Positions 1-12,620 of a DNA stretch of 64,000 bases are shown here, piece by piece (position 1 is the stretch's first letter; each line of letters begins with the position of its first letter). The stretch covers positions 650,147 to 714,146 of the forward strand of contig KV454012.1 in the NCBI GenBank assembly GCA_001661245.1, read 5' to 3'. The stretch is from Pachysolen tannophilus NRRL Y-2460. Its lineage: Eukaryota. The translations under genes were made by a program, and so were the position numbers. The notes beneath the pieces are model-generated. The model saw nothing but the letters and a program-made list of their open reading frames with translations, had not been told where the DNA came from and made no database searches.

Positions 1-410
1 AAGCCTTCCCAGGGAGAAAATTTGAAAAAATTCAAGATTTAAAAGACAGTGATGATTTAGATCGAAATAATCAGTATTATTTCTTTATACGTGACTATTC
101 TACTAACGATAAGACATTGTTTAAATTGGATGGAGAAAGCGTCATAGCAGATATAGTCAAGAATAAGACTGTGCTAGAGTTCCCGACCATTTACTTGTCA
201 TTGGATACTACCATCGATGGCTATAAGATCCTAGGCGATGGTGAAGATCATGAAAATGAGACTAAAAGCAATAACAATAGTAGTAGTAGTAGTAGTAGCA
301 ATAGTAGTAATAGTAGCAGCAGTAGCAGCGAGGAAAGCGATACCGATGATAACGTTAACAATTCAGAAGAAGATATAGACGAGGGACCCACTGAGGAATC
401 AGCAAAATAA
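1..410 (+). CDS. BCD1: Box C/D snoRNP assembly protein Bcd1, C-terminal part (5'-truncated by window)
   Basis: Frame is open from base 3 (AFPGRKFEK...). It contains the KNKTVLEFPTIYL motif typical of the Bcd1 C-terminus, followed by an acidic Ser-rich tail. BCD1 lies near BRL1 in S. cerevisiae. Confidence 0.7.
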   Translation, partial: AFPGRKFEKIQDLKDSDDLDRNNQYYFFIRDYSTNDKTLFKLDGESVIADIVKNKTVLEFPTIYLSLDTTIDGYKILGDGEDHENETKSNNNSSSSSSSNSSNSSSSSSEESDTDDNVNNSEEDIDEGPTEESAK

Positions 411-613
411 AACAAAAAGAAAGAAAGAAAGAAAGTGAAAAAAAAAAATTGCTGAAACTTGAAATTTATATGTATGTACAAAGTTGAAATGTAAATTTTT
501 TATTTAATTAAGTAAAATTCTTTAAATTGTATATTTTATAGAATTAGTGATAAATTTATAAAAGTGAAAGATTTAAGATATAAGAGTTGGAAGGGCTCTT
601 TATAGTTATGTAA

Positions 614-2362
614 ATGGCGTCATCGCAATTTGGTGATTCCAATAATTTAGATGAAAGTCTTTTAATTTCGTCACTTTCATTAGGTGAATCTGTTTCAAAT
701 TCAGATTTGATGCAGTTAGAAACACCTTTCAAACAAGGTGATAGCGATGATAGTAATAATAATAACAACAATAATAATAATAATATGAAACACTCGTTGA
801 ATGTTTCTTCGTTGAGAAGGCTGTATGACATTGATGGGGATGTGATAATGACAGACTCGCCATTACCCAAGAGGTATTATAATTATTTTGATACAATTAA
901 AAAAGTTCAAGATATAAGGACAAGTAATAATACTACTGGGACTATGGATATGAATGGTTATGGTTATAATTATGGGACTGTAATTGGTGATGCTAATGCT
1001 CATAAAGATGGAAATAACAATGATAGAAATAAGAATATGAGCTTGGATTTGTTAAATTTGCAAAATAAGTTACAAGTGATTGATAGTGATATTGAAATTT
1101 TAAATCATAGAGAAGAAGATATTTTAACAAATTATGATACTGAGAATGTAGATATAAATACCAATTACAATGAAGAAAAGGAAGATTTACAAACTCCACA
1201 AGTTGTAACTTATAAAAAAAATGGTGGTGATAGTTTGATAAAGACAATACTTTCACCAACTTTATTGGGAGCAAAGACAGCTTATAAAATTTCTCCTCAT
1301 AGTAATCCAAAGAAGCTATTATTAGAAATGCCTCAACAGGAACTGGAATTTCAAGAAAAGTGCAAATGGGGAACAGATCATGGAAATCAAGAAGAAGAAG
1401 AAGAAGAAATTTTAGAGTATGATACTGCAAAGAATCTGGTGGCTGTGTCCAATTACAACTATATGGGAAGTATTAATCGGGACAGTAGTTCATCAAACGT
1501 TACTATCCAGGAGCCAGATGATAATTTTGGAAATCAGGTACGACAATTATGGAATAGAAATGAGAATGACCCAGCTCTTCCGATCCAGTTTCAACTCCAT
1601 CAGCATCAGCATCAGCATCATCATCATTACTACAACAATAATAACAACAATAACAACAACAACAGTCAATTGCAAAAAAATAATAGCGCAGGCGCAAATG
1701 GTAATTCTTTAACAAAGGTATCACCAACAACCTCAGGACCTTCAGTACCTTCATCACAAAGGTTTCAAAGCTTAGCACAAAATCAACAGCAACATAGGTT
1801 AGATTTAGAACCTTATTACTTACCTTCTCCTTGGATGGTAAAAATTTCCAAATTTCCATATGTGATATCATCTTATTTGCAAATCTTTTTCAACATTTTA
1901 ATCCTGGGATATTTCCTGGTTGTTGTTTTCAAAATGACCAAGACTATAAATTTCGATATCAATTTAAAAATTAAAGAAAATTTAAACAATATTCATAGCG
2001 AGGCAATTCTTTGTAGGAAACATTACGAAATAAACATGTGTTCCCCAGAGACAATAGCACCAGCATTACACAAACAATGCCAAACTTGGGAAAAATGCAT
2101 GCTCAAAGATCCATATCTTCTATTACCAGATGGTAGAGCAGACAATAGTGATACTACTTTTTTCTTGAATAAGGCATCTATCGGTGCTGAGATTTTTGGA
2201 GGTGTTATAAACTCTCTTGTAGAACCAATAGACTACAAAAATTTAATCAAAATCTTATTGCTACTGATAAGCATATTTCTACTCAACTTCATGTTCGGAT
2301 ACTTGAGATATAAGCTCTTCTACTACCAGGAAACCAAGTATGAATCAAAGAAAAATATATAG
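614..2362 (+). CDS. BRL1: Brl1/Brr6 nuclear envelope protein
   Basis: Two TM segments flank the four-Cys luminal domain (C-RKHYEINMC-SP...PALHKQC-QTWEKC-MLKDP). The long low-complexity N-terminus favours BRL1 over BRR6. Confidence 0.75.
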   Translation: MASSQFGDSNNLDESLLISSLSLGESVSNSDLMQLETPFKQGDSDDSNNNNNNNNNNMKHSLNVSSLRRLYDIDGDVIMTDSPLPKRYYNYFDTIKKVQDIRTSNNTTGTMDMNGYGYNYGTVIGDANAHKDGNNNDRNKNMSLDLLNLQNKLQVIDSDIEILNHREEDILTNYDTENVDINTNYNEEKEDLQTPQVVTYKKNGGDSLIKTILSPTLLGAKTAYKISPHSNPKKLLLEMPQQELEFQEKCKWGTDHGNQEEEEEEILEYDTAKNLVAVSNYNYMGSINRDSSSSNVTIQEPDDNFGNQVRQLWNRNENDPALPIQFQLHQHQHQHHHHYYNNNNNNNNNNSQLQKNNSAGANGNSLTKVSPTTSGPSVPSSQRFQSLAQNQQQHRLDLEPYYLPSPWMVKISKFPYVISSYLQIFFNILILGYFLVVVFKMTKTINFDINLKIKENLNNIHSEAILCRKHYEINMCSPETIAPALHKQCQTWEKCMLKDPYLLLPDGRADNSDTTFFLNKASIGAEIFGGVINSLVEPIDYKNLIKILLLLISIFLLNFMFGYLRYKLFYYQETKYESKKNI

Positions 2363-2559
2363 ATTTTAAAAACTCAACTTTTCAACTTTTCAACTTTTCA
2401 TTTAGTTTTCGTATATGAAAAATTCATATAGCGATTTTATATAGTTAATATTAATAAGAAAGAAAAAAAATAAAAAATAAAGAAGAAAAAATATAAAATA
2501 AAATAGTAATCATAAATTATATAATAAAATTGAATGAATTAAAGGTGGAAAGTTGTACT

Positions 2560-4242
2560 ATGAGCATCCCAGAGGCTCACTATCCCGAATCCGAGTTAAA
2601 CAAGTTTCTTCAGATACATGAACCAGAAGATAAGAATTTGAAGGCATCAGCTGTAGCGAAACCTCAATCACATTTGGCTGATATTCGTACTGGTGGAGTT
2701 AATGATGATTCCGACTATGGTATTGACTCACTGGATATGGAACCAATCAGGGTTAAAGTAACGAAAAAATTGAAAAACACACTGTCTTCATCTTCACAAG
2801 TGGTTAGAATTCAGAAACAGAAACAGGATCAAAAGGCGAAATTTAGGCGTCATATAAGCGAATCTAGATGGACTATTAGAAATTGGTATTGTCATCTTCA
2901 TTGGAAGAACATTTTCTTGAATATAATATTACCTTGTTATGGTGTGATTATACCTCTTTTATCATATGTTTTTGGATTTAAATTAATCAATTTTTGCAAA
3001 GATTATTTAACAATTTTCCTGATAAACTATTTTGTGACATGTTTATCGATAAATATAATATATCATCGGTATTATTCTCATAAATCTTTTAAAATTGATT
3101 CAATTTTTTTCAAATTTTTTCTTTTACTTGTTGCCACTTCTGGAGGTGTTGGTAATGCTAAATGGTGGTGTTTGAGTCATAGAGCTCATCATAGATTTTG
3201 TGATACGGAGAGAGATCCATCTAATGTAAGAAAAGGTTTTTGGTATAGTCATTTGGGTTGGATAGTATTAGTTCATCATCCAAAGATTCAAAAAGCAATG
3301 CAAGAATTAGAGTATGAAGATTTGAATAATGACTATTTAATAAAATGGCAACATGAAAACTATTTTAGATTATTTCTAGTATTTGGTTTAATTTTACCAA
3401 TAATAATATTGAAACAGTTTTTCCTAGTACATGAATCTATTCTTGGAATAAGTGTTGTATTTGTGAGTTGGAAAGTTTTCTTGGTACAACAAACTTTTTC
3501 TAATATCAATTCTTTATGCCATTGCAAAATTAGAGGAATAGGATCAACTCAACCATTTGATAATAGAAAGACTCCTAAAAACAATTTTTTATTTAATCTT
3601 ATAACTTTTGGTGAAGGTAATCATAATTTCCATCACGAATTTCCTTCAGATTATAGGAATGGAACACAATGGTATGATCTTGATCCGACAAAATGGGTTT
3701 TAAAAATTTTTTCTTTATTCAAAATTGTTTCGGATTTGAAAAAAACAAGCAAAACATCTATCGATCAATTATTAATTCAACAACAACAAAAAATTATAGA
3801 TTTGAAAAGATCACAGCTTAATTGGGGGATTCCAATTGATAGATTACCTAAAATCACACCAGAACAGTTTAAAAAAATTCTTGAAGGTAATGGAAATAGT
3901 CGACTGTTAGTTGTTGTTTCTGGGATAATCCATGATGTAACTCCTTTTATTAATGACCATCCAGGTGGTGTTGTCTTGATAAAATCCTCTATTGGCAAAG
4001 ACGCTACAAGCGCGTTCAACGGTGCAGTGTATCTGCATTCGAATGCGGCACATAATTTATTGGCAACTATGAGAATAGCAGTATTGAAAGGAGTAGATAG
4101 TGAGCAGATTGTATGGAAGCAACAACAGATGGAAAATAAGGATATTCCATTGAAAAATGATAGCGAAGGAAAAAAAATTGTAAGGAGTGGAGAACAGGTC
4201 ACTTTGATAAAGGCGCACTCGACCACTGCTGGTGCTGCCTAG
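2560..4242 (+). CDS. Delta-9-type acyl-CoA desaturase with C-terminal cytochrome b5 domain (divergent, OLE2-like)
   Basis: His boxes HRYYSH, HRAHH and HNFHH; FPSDYRNG..WYD.DPTKW; b5 motif HPGG...HSNAAHNLL. First in-frame ATG is at 2560. Confidence 0.85.
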   Translation: MSIPEAHYPESELNKFLQIHEPEDKNLKASAVAKPQSHLADIRTGGVNDDSDYGIDSLDMEPIRVKVTKKLKNTLSSSSQVVRIQKQKQDQKAKFRRHISESRWTIRNWYCHLHWKNIFLNIILPCYGVIIPLLSYVFGFKLINFCKDYLTIFLINYFVTCLSINIIYHRYYSHKSFKIDSIFFKFFLLLVATSGGVGNAKWWCLSHRAHHRFCDTERDPSNVRKGFWYSHLGWIVLVHHPKIQKAMQELEYEDLNNDYLIKWQHENYFRLFLVFGLILPIIILKQFFLVHESILGISVVFVSWKVFLVQQTFSNINSLCHCKIRGIGSTQPFDNRKTPKNNFLFNLITFGEGNHNFHHEFPSDYRNGTQWYDLDPTKWVLKIFSLFKIVSDLKKTSKTSIDQLLIQQQQKIIDLKRSQLNWGIPIDRLPKITPEQFKKILEGNGNSRLLVVVSGIIHDVTPFINDHPGGVVLIKSSIGKDATSAFNGAVYLHSNAAHNLLATMRIAVLKGVDSEQIVWKQQQMENKDIPLKNDSEGKKIVRSGEQVTLIKAHSTTAGAA

Positions 4243-4520
4243 TAGAAAGAACGAAAAATGGTTTCGCTTATATATATATATATTTAGTAACTTATATATT
4301 TATTTATATTTATTTAATTGGTTTTAAAGTTACAAATGTAAAAACTTTTATTTTTTCTTTTGATTGACTCTGAATTACCTTGAAATTCAAAAGCTGAATA
4401 AGTTTTCTTGAAGTTTTGAAAAAAGAAATAAAGTCTAAATGGAATTGGCAATTTTACATATGTGTTTGTTTTATCTGTTTTCAATGAAGCATAAAAAATA
4501 CAAATTGTTTTCTATATAAA

Positions 4521-6008
4521 TCAATTTTCTAATGACTCTTCGAATTCCTCGATTCTGTCTGTTCTTGCGTCAACATCTTTACTATCAAGTGGGATTCCAC
4601 CGCTGACGCTAAATTGACCTCCTGCACCTATGATTAATATATCATGATCTCTAGTGGCTGTATTGTCAATTCTTTTTGGTTTTTCAATATCGTCCTCACA
4701 ATTACCTAAACCTACAGCATAAGTATCGGCAAAACCCCAAGAAAATACATAACCATCATTCGTGACAGCTAATGAATGATGTGATCCAGCAGCAATGGCT
4801 TTAGCTTTAGGTAATGTTGTTAATTTAGTAGGAACAGGTAAAGATCTAATTTTTCCATGTGCATCCTTATATGCGCCATCTAATTTTGATAATTCTTCTA
4901 AAGAAATACCAATTTCCTTCATGTCGTATCTTCCAAAAGTATAGACATCACCATCTTTAGACAAAGCAATGGAATGATGTTCCCCACCAGTGATGCTTAC
5001 AATCCCTTTACCTGCCAACTCCTTAATTTCCATAGGCTTTGAAACAACTGCACCATCCTCAATATCGATTTCTATACCACATTGACCATATTGATTAAGA
5101 CCCCATGATAAAACTCTTTCATCAGTAGTTATAGCAAAAGCATGGAATTCACCACTTCCAATAGCTTTAATATTTTTTAAACCAAATTCTCTTGGAACTA
5201 ATGATTTCAATCTAGTTCTTTCCAAGATTCTACGACCTAATTGATATTGTTGACCGTTACCCCACGCAAAAACAACACCTTTAGTATTAAGACCCAAAAT
5301 ATGGTCTTTACCTGCAGCCAATTGAGTGATGTTTTCAAACTCTGGAATTTTCATTGGTGTTTTTTGAATCAAAATATCATCCATAAAACCCAAGAGACCT
5401 TCATTGCATCTAAAAGTACCCCAAGCATAAACATCTCCATTCGACATCAAGCACGCTGATAAATTATCAGTAGCTGCCACTCTTACAATTGTCAAATCTT
5501 TTGGCAATCCTTCAACTGGAGCCGGGGTAGATTCAAGAACGTTCAAATCACCATCATCATCATCACTATCAGACGCATCAATATCTTTTAATTTTTCAGC
5601 ACCTTCTTTGTTCGTATCTCTACCTAAAACACCACTATCATTACCACCCCAAGACCAGATTTGATTATTCTTGTCCAAAGCCAAAGTATGCATACCACCA
5701 ACGGCAAAATCAACAATACCAACTTTATCCTTAGGTAACAATGTATTTAATCTTGGTCTTTTAACTTCTTTTGTGTTTGCAGCTGGTCCTAAACCTAATT
5801 CACACATTGAACCAGTTCCCCAAACAAAAATATCTAATGGCTTACTATTTGGCTCCGAAGGAATCTTATTAATATCCGGAAGATGTGAAAGCTTCTGAGT
5901 AGCAAAACTTAATCTCGACTTTGATCTCTTAGCTCTCGAACTTGTAGATCTTTTCGGAGCTGACCCATTGCTATCAGGTGCCAGACGCTTTCTAACTAAT
6001 GCAACCAT
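4521..6008 (-). CDS. SRM1: RCC1 / Ran guanine nucleotide exchange factor
   Basis: RCC1 repeats, WGTGSMCELGLG, AVGGMHTLALD and a basic N-terminal NLS. Confidence 0.95.
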   Translation of the reverse strand: MVALVRKRLAPDSNGSAPKRSTSSRAKRSKSRLSFATQKLSHLPDINKIPSEPNSKPLDIFVWGTGSMCELGLGPAANTKEVKRPRLNTLLPKDKVGIVDFAVGGMHTLALDKNNQIWSWGGNDSGVLGRDTNKEGAEKLKDIDASDSDDDDGDLNVLESTPAPVEGLPKDLTIVRVAATDNLSACLMSNGDVYAWGTFRCNEGLLGFMDDILIQKTPMKIPEFENITQLAAGKDHILGLNTKGVVFAWGNGQQYQLGRRILERTRLKSLVPREFGLKNIKAIGSGEFHAFAITTDERVLSWGLNQYGQCGIEIDIEDGAVVSKPMEIKELAGKGIVSITGGEHHSIALSKDGDVYTFGRYDMKEIGISLEELSKLDGAYKDAHGKIRSLPVPTKLTTLPKAKAIAAGSHHSLAVTNDGYVFSWGFADTYAVGLGNCEDDIEKPKRIDNTATRDHDILIIGAGGQFSVSGGIPLDSKDVDARTDRIEEFEESLEN

Positions 6009-6230
6009 ATTCTCAAGAAATTGCTATACTCTGCTCAAACTTCTTTCTTAAAACTCTGATAAGTACCACAACACCAATATCTACTTAGTCAAGGAGATTG
6101 GAAGCAATTATTTGTTTAAATGTTTCAAATGATTCAAATGTTTTAAATGAGCTTCAATATCTTCAATCTTCTTTGAATGAAAATTACATCAAAATTCAAA
6201 ATATGTTTATTGCCAGATTCGGTGGTTCAC

Positions 6231-6324
6231 CAAAGACACCACTCACACCACACCCTACACCACTCACACTACTTACACACCACTTGCACCATTGACACCA
6301 TTAACACCATTGATACCATTAATA
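6231..6324. repeat. CA-rich degenerate tandem repeat
   Basis: CACCACTCACAC occurs twice, followed by about four (A/G)CACCATT-type units. Confidence 0.7.
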
Positions 6325-6507
6325 TCAACAAGAGAGGAGTATTTACACCAACAGCTAATAGAATTCTATCTTCAATTTAAGATTTCAAACATTTTTAAAA
6401 GTTATTTCACCAAACACTGAAGTTTTATTATTTATATGAATGTTACAAAGAGCTAATATCTATTAAAAGTTCAAAAATTACATTAGAAATGATCTATTTA
6501 TAACTAA

Positions 6508-8214
6508 CTACAATTCCTCATCATCTATTCTGACTTGCAAACCTTTATTCTTCAAATAAAGTTTAACATCTCTGACGGTATACTCTCCTCTATGGAACAT
6601 TCCAGCTCCAAGAGCAGCATCAGTCTTTGTATTTTTGAATACTTCTTCGAAATGTTCTGGTTTACCAGCACCACTAGATGCAATAACTGGTAATTTTGTT
6701 GAGGTTTTAATAAAATCAATTAATTCCAAGTCATAACCTGAATTACTTCCGTCTTTATCGATACAGTTCAACAAAATTTCACCTGCACCTAGTCTTTCAC
6801 AGGCATAACATAATTCCCAAGCACCCAAGTCATGAACTTTACGGCCACCTTGTGATGTTACTTTATAATAACAATATTGTTCGCCATTTGGTCCAGGAAT
6901 AGAGGTACGTATAGATTTATACGGGATATCTTTTGGGTCATTGATATAAAATCTTTTTGGATCAACAGATATTACCACTGCCTGAACACCATAAGGTTTT
7001 GATATAGTTTCCATTGGAGATTCACCAGTAGGCACTTGATTGTTTTTATAAAAATTCTCAGCAGCTATGACTGCATCAGAACCAATACTAACTTTATCAG
7101 CACCAGAACGGAAATACATAGTAGCAACATCTAAGGCAGGAATCTTTGTTCCATCTGGGTCAATGACATCTTTAATACCACCTCCAACGGTTAAAGGAAC
7201 AAATATAGTCTTTGCAGCTTTTTTCAAAACTTGTAACATTGGAGCATCTCTTAATGGTGAATTTCTAAAAGAAGTGATATTTAAAAATGTAATCTCATCT
7301 GCTCCTTGCTCGTAATATTTTTGTGCCAACTCTACTGGTTTACCCAAATTGACAACATCACCAGAAGATCCATCTTTCGATTTCTCTCTGACATCATACT
7401 GATCACCTTTAGTGACTACCAAATCACCTTGATCGTTTGTTCTAACATCTAAACATGCAACAACTCTTCTAGATAACCCTGTAAAAGTGTGCTCTGTGTT
7501 TGCAACTTCTGGAACATTTGACTCTTTTAAACTGGTCAAGTCTGCAAATTTTTGTTGTTCCAAAAATGCTCTAATAATTTTTAAACCTGCAGTTCCAGAT
7601 TTTTCAGGATGAAACTGTGTTGCAAATACATTATCTTTTACAACAGCAGCAATAAATTCCTCATTACCGTATCTTCCTGTAGCTAATTCCCAATTCTGAT
7701 CATTAATTAATTTTGATTTTTCATTTTTTGAAATAATAGCTGCATAAGAATGAACAAAATAGTAATTAGAATTAGGATTTAAACCATATAAGGTCTTACC
7801 AACACCATTCAAATCATCGATTTGTAAACTATTCCATCCTATATGAGGAACAGACTTATCGCTATCATCAAACTTTGATAATTTGGAATCTATGATACCC
7901 AAACCTTTTGATCCAGGACTCTCTTCACTACCGTTGAATAAAGCTTGCAAACCTACACAAATACCCATAATAGGTTTTCCAGATTCAATATAACTCTTGA
8001 TAGGTTCCACAAAACCTCTATCACGTATCTGATCAACAAAATGACCAAAATTACCCACTCCGGGCAAGAAAAGCTTTTCTATCTCATCAATCTTGAACTC
8101 AGATGCATTACTTATAAATTGCACCTTATAACCCAAATATTCAATGGCATTTTGCAATGAACGTAAGTTACCACTCTCCACATCAATGATATGAACAACT
8201 TCTTCTGCTGCCAT
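6508..8214 (-). CDS. HIS7: Imidazole glycerol phosphate synthase (HisH-HisF fusion)
   Basis: GICVGLQ and QFHPEKSG glutaminase motifs, plus the ACLDVRTND cyclase domain. ATG at 8214 (MAAEEVV). Confidence 0.97.
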   Translation of the reverse strand: MAAEEVVHIIDVESGNLRSLQNAIEYLGYKVQFISNASEFKIDEIEKLFLPGVGNFGHFVDQIRDRGFVEPIKSYIESGKPIMGICVGLQALFNGSEESPGSKGLGIIDSKLSKFDDSDKSVPHIGWNSLQIDDLNGVGKTLYGLNPNSNYYFVHSYAAIISKNEKSKLINDQNWELATGRYGNEEFIAAVVKDNVFATQFHPEKSGTAGLKIIRAFLEQQKFADLTSLKESNVPEVANTEHTFTGLSRRVVACLDVRTNDQGDLVVTKGDQYDVREKSKDGSSGDVVNLGKPVELAQKYYEQGADEITFLNITSFRNSPLRDAPMLQVLKKAAKTIFVPLTVGGGIKDVIDPDGTKIPALDVATMYFRSGADKVSIGSDAVIAAENFYKNNQVPTGESPMETISKPYGVQAVVISVDPKRFYINDPKDIPYKSIRTSIPGPNGEQYCYYKVTSQGGRKVHDLGAWELCYACERLGAGEILLNCIDKDGSNSGYDLELIDFIKTSTKLPVIASSGAGKPEHFEEVFKNTKTDAALGAGMFHRGEYTVRDVKLYLKNKGLQVRIDDEEL

Positions 8215-8297
8215 CTTGAAATCACCAGTTTCTGTAACAAAAAACTCTATGTAAAGAAGATAAATCAAATAAAAAAAATTGTTATATTAATTTTAAA

Positions 8298-8303
8298 GAG
8301 TCA
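8298..8303 (-). promoter_or_regulatory. Gcn4 core site (TGACTC) upstream of HIS7
   Basis: GAGTCA on the + strand, about 85 bp upstream of the HIS7 ATG. HIS7 is a canonical Gcn4 target. Confidence 0.5.
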
Positions 8304-8492
8304 GACTGAAAAATGAAAAATTTTTTAATTTCTTTATTCTATTTTTGAAGTGCATCATCACCATACAATTAGTTAAGGAACTATATACTTCTTTTAAATA
8401 TTGATTATAATAACAAGAGCAATTCAAGGCAATTACAGTGATAGTTGGTGAATGCATTAGATTTGAATTGTGGGCCATGGTTTACTGATAGT

Positions 8493-11222
8493 ATGTTCAA
8501 GAGTTTGAAGGTTTTTAGGACATGTTATTTGTCGGTTAGATTATATTCTTCTAGTTCTAGTCAGTTACCTTACCAGGAATCAAAACTATTGATAAAATTA
8601 CGGGATGCTCATTTCAGCCGATATAGAACCAGTTTCCAGTTAAGACCTCATAATTTGTATTATTTTAAAAACATTCAAGATTGTTCTTTGTTGATAAAGA
8701 ATCATATTCAAGGTACAAATGTTAATCAGTGGAGTTTGCTTAATTCTAGTTTTAAAATGCTTGAAACTTATTCACCAACTAAATTTGTCAAGAATAACAG
8801 TGATGCTATGTTGGAAAGATTTTTCGTTTTACTTTATCTCTCATTGCATACGTATTGCTCTGTGAGCTATTATGAGATACCGAATTTTAAACGAATAGTG
8901 AAGCTAATAGATTTCAATATAAAGGATGGGTTTGTTAGAAAATATGATAAAATGCCAAAAGATATAGATATAGATCGAGACATAGATCTAGATATTATTG
9001 TTAATCAATTGATAAACGAGTATTGTTTCAACTATTCAACAAATTTACATTCTCAAATTTTAGATAAGGTGGCCTACTCAAATATTCGAAATTCTTTATA
9101 TTTGGTTTTATTGTATTTTAAAGAACATGGAGAAAATTATACAATCAAGGATTTGAGCAATTGGTTAATATCATTAAACTCATCTTCAATTCTGGTTAGC
9201 TATAAATCCATTGATGGGTTGGGAAAATCTGTTCCAATTTTCATAATTAAGGATTTTTTAATGAGGCAGCCTAGATCAGCGGAAGATATAAATATTTTGA
9301 TAAAGTTATACGATCAATATTGTTGTAATAATAGTTTTGAAATAGTAAAAGAAAATAATTTACCTTCAATTTTTAAAAATCTTGTTCATGGTTCAGTAAG
9401 TTATAATACTGCAAAGTTATCGAAACTAGTTGAGATTTTTATGGATAGACAATTAATTTCATTACAAGATAGAAATTGGAAAATCATGATTTCAAATTCT
9501 TTAATTTATGAATTGTCACAGACTAATGTAGTCAAAATAAAAGATCCCAGGTTTTTCTATGATATATTGAATGCTCAACAGTTGATAATTTTGAAATTGA
9601 CTAAACTATATCCCGAAGTAACAGTTAATGATTTACTTTCCATTGAAGGATATCTTGGATTGACAGAAACTTTAGCAAATTTACACCAATTTGAAAAAGC
9701 AGGCAAGATGATGGAATTAGCTAAACAAGAAGATAAACAATTTTTATTGAATTCCTTGAAAAAAGAAGGATTTGAAAAAATTTCTGCTAATAAAGACACC
9801 AATGATAAGTCTTTTAAAGAATTTTATATAGAACAAATATCGAAAAAAGATTTGAAAAGATTGGAATTACAAGCCAGGATGTTTAGTTCAGAATTGAAAT
9901 TATGTTCAACTTCAAGCGATTTAATTGAACTGTTTTCAAGGCTAACCAGATCGACTCATTCCAAGTTTTTGTTAGTTAAATATCCAATTATATGGCGAAC
10001 ATATGTTTTAAAATTAAAACAGTTCAAATTATTAACTTCGGGGAAAGCCAGAAAAATTTGGGAACAATACCATACGCTTATAACTGAATCAGAACAACTC
10101 ATTACTTATAATATCGATTCAAGATTTATCACAGAATTAATAAAGTCCATAGACAGTATAAGCTATGTCAATGAAATTATTGGACTTATAACGAGAAATG
10201 GAAAGGCTTTGAACTCAAACGTTTTAAATGCTTATCTTTTGAAATTATACAAGCAATCCAAATCAGAGTTAAATTATGAAATTTTTACAAAAAACTCAAG
10301 ACAAGGTAGAAACTTGGAAATAAAAAAATTGTTTGATTTAGAGAATGGTTCAAATTATAAGAAGAATCTGATGCATTACCAATATTTGGAAAGCAAAAAT
10401 TTCAATAAAACAATTGACTATGTTAGATCATTATACAGGCATATTTCTACTCCTAAGAGGAGTACTATTAGTTCAATGTTATTAGGTGAATCTTATGTTA
10501 ATCCATTGAATATTTATAAATTATACAAGACTGAGCTTGGTTCAAGGAAATTAAGACCAGATGAAAATTGTTTATTAGCTTTACTCAATGCTGTTATAGT
10601 TTTTGATAACTATAAAGATAATAATAAAGGATTTAAAGATGAATTTTTGAAATGGGACAATCAGTATGCTTCACAAATAGTAATATCAGAAATGAAGAAG
10701 AATTGTTATCAAGATATATCTAAGAGTACTTTAAACATTCAAAACAACCAAGAAGATGGAATATTGATATATCCTTCGGATCAAATTTGGTTCAAATATA
10801 TTAAAATGTTATATAAATTCAACTATACTGATGAATTAATCTTTATTTTAAAATGGTGGGAAAGTTTAAAATTTATTCCTCCTAAACTTTTACTTTTAGA
10901 TTATTTGCTGAGGTTACCTTTTGATTTGAGTAATGATTTACGAAAACATGGAGAAAAATATTTTTTAAATAAGATCCAACCAGATAGAATTAAAAGTGAA
11001 ATGGAGTTTAATAATACCACTACTAATACTGAATTCCATACCACATATTCACAACAAATAGGCAGAGAAAGATTAAGTAAAGATCAAGATATTTACCTAT
11101 TATCCAAATGGCCTTGGCCAACACGAGATGAGTTAGACAATTATCGTATTGTAATGGAACTGAACTTTGTAAAGGAAATCGAAACAAAAGAACATAAAAA
11201 CAAGACAAAGTCGTATACATAA
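8493..11222 (+). CDS. Uncharacterised ~909-aa protein, probably a mitochondrial helical-repeat (PPR-like) protein
   Basis: Long ORF. N-terminus MFKSLKVFRTCYLSVRLYSSS resembles a mitochondrial presequence. Leu/Lys/Ile-rich helical composition. No family recognised with certainty. Confidence 0.55.
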   Translation: MFKSLKVFRTCYLSVRLYSSSSSQLPYQESKLLIKLRDAHFSRYRTSFQLRPHNLYYFKNIQDCSLLIKNHIQGTNVNQWSLLNSSFKMLETYSPTKFVKNNSDAMLERFFVLLYLSLHTYCSVSYYEIPNFKRIVKLIDFNIKDGFVRKYDKMPKDIDIDRDIDLDIIVNQLINEYCFNYSTNLHSQILDKVAYSNIRNSLYLVLLYFKEHGENYTIKDLSNWLISLNSSSILVSYKSIDGLGKSVPIFIIKDFLMRQPRSAEDINILIKLYDQYCCNNSFEIVKENNLPSIFKNLVHGSVSYNTAKLSKLVEIFMDRQLISLQDRNWKIMISNSLIYELSQTNVVKIKDPRFFYDILNAQQLIILKLTKLYPEVTVNDLLSIEGYLGLTETLANLHQFEKAGKMMELAKQEDKQFLLNSLKKEGFEKISANKDTNDKSFKEFYIEQISKKDLKRLELQARMFSSELKLCSTSSDLIELFSRLTRSTHSKFLLVKYPIIWRTYVLKLKQFKLLTSGKARKIWEQYHTLITESEQLITYNIDSRFITELIKSIDSISYVNEIIGLITRNGKALNSNVLNAYLLKLYKQSKSELNYEIFTKNSRQGRNLEIKKLFDLENGSNYKKNLMHYQYLESKNFNKTIDYVRSLYRHISTPKRSTISSMLLGESYVNPLNIYKLYKTELGSRKLRPDENCLLALLNAVIVFDNYKDNNKGFKDEFLKWDNQYASQIVISEMKKNCYQDISKSTLNIQNNQEDGILIYPSDQIWFKYIKMLYKFNYTDELIFILKWWESLKFIPPKLLLLDYLLRLPFDLSNDLRKHGEKYFLNKIQPDRIKSEMEFNNTTTNTEFHTTYSQQIGRERLSKDQDIYLLSKWPWPTRDELDNYRIVMELNFVKEIETKEHKNKTKSYT

Positions 11223-11248
11223 CATAGTGAGCCCATAATTCACTTTTC

Positions 11249-11279
<31 letters not shown>

Positions 11280-11525
11280 TTTATTTAATTTAATTTAATT
11301 TAATTTATCTCTATATATTCACAAATATTTATCTAGTTATTTTTTATTTAAGTTTGATAGAAAGCAGAATAAAAGTTTTTAAAGTGATTAAGATAAAGAA
11401 AAAAACAATTTAATCTACACCCTCCCTGGTTTGACTCTCTTTTTTTACTTCTTTTTTATTGTTATATTTTTCTTTTTTTTTTTTAAAAACAAAACCTCGT
11501 TAAATTAGAATAAATAAGTACTTGC

Positions 11526-12620
<1,095 letters not shown>

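Noticed and set aside
101..107. TACTAAC near the window start as a branch point
   Set aside because: It lies within the continuous open BCD1 frame, so no intron is needed.
248..1871. Short antisense or alternative-frame ORFs with poly-Leu/Ile/Cys runs (and similar ones throughout the window)
   Set aside because: They are shadows of trinucleotide repeats and of real genes on the other strand or frame.
11432..11437. TGACTC downstream of ARO4 as a relic HIS7 Gcn4 site
   Set aside because: It is a single hexamer in a convergent terminator region and is expected by chance.
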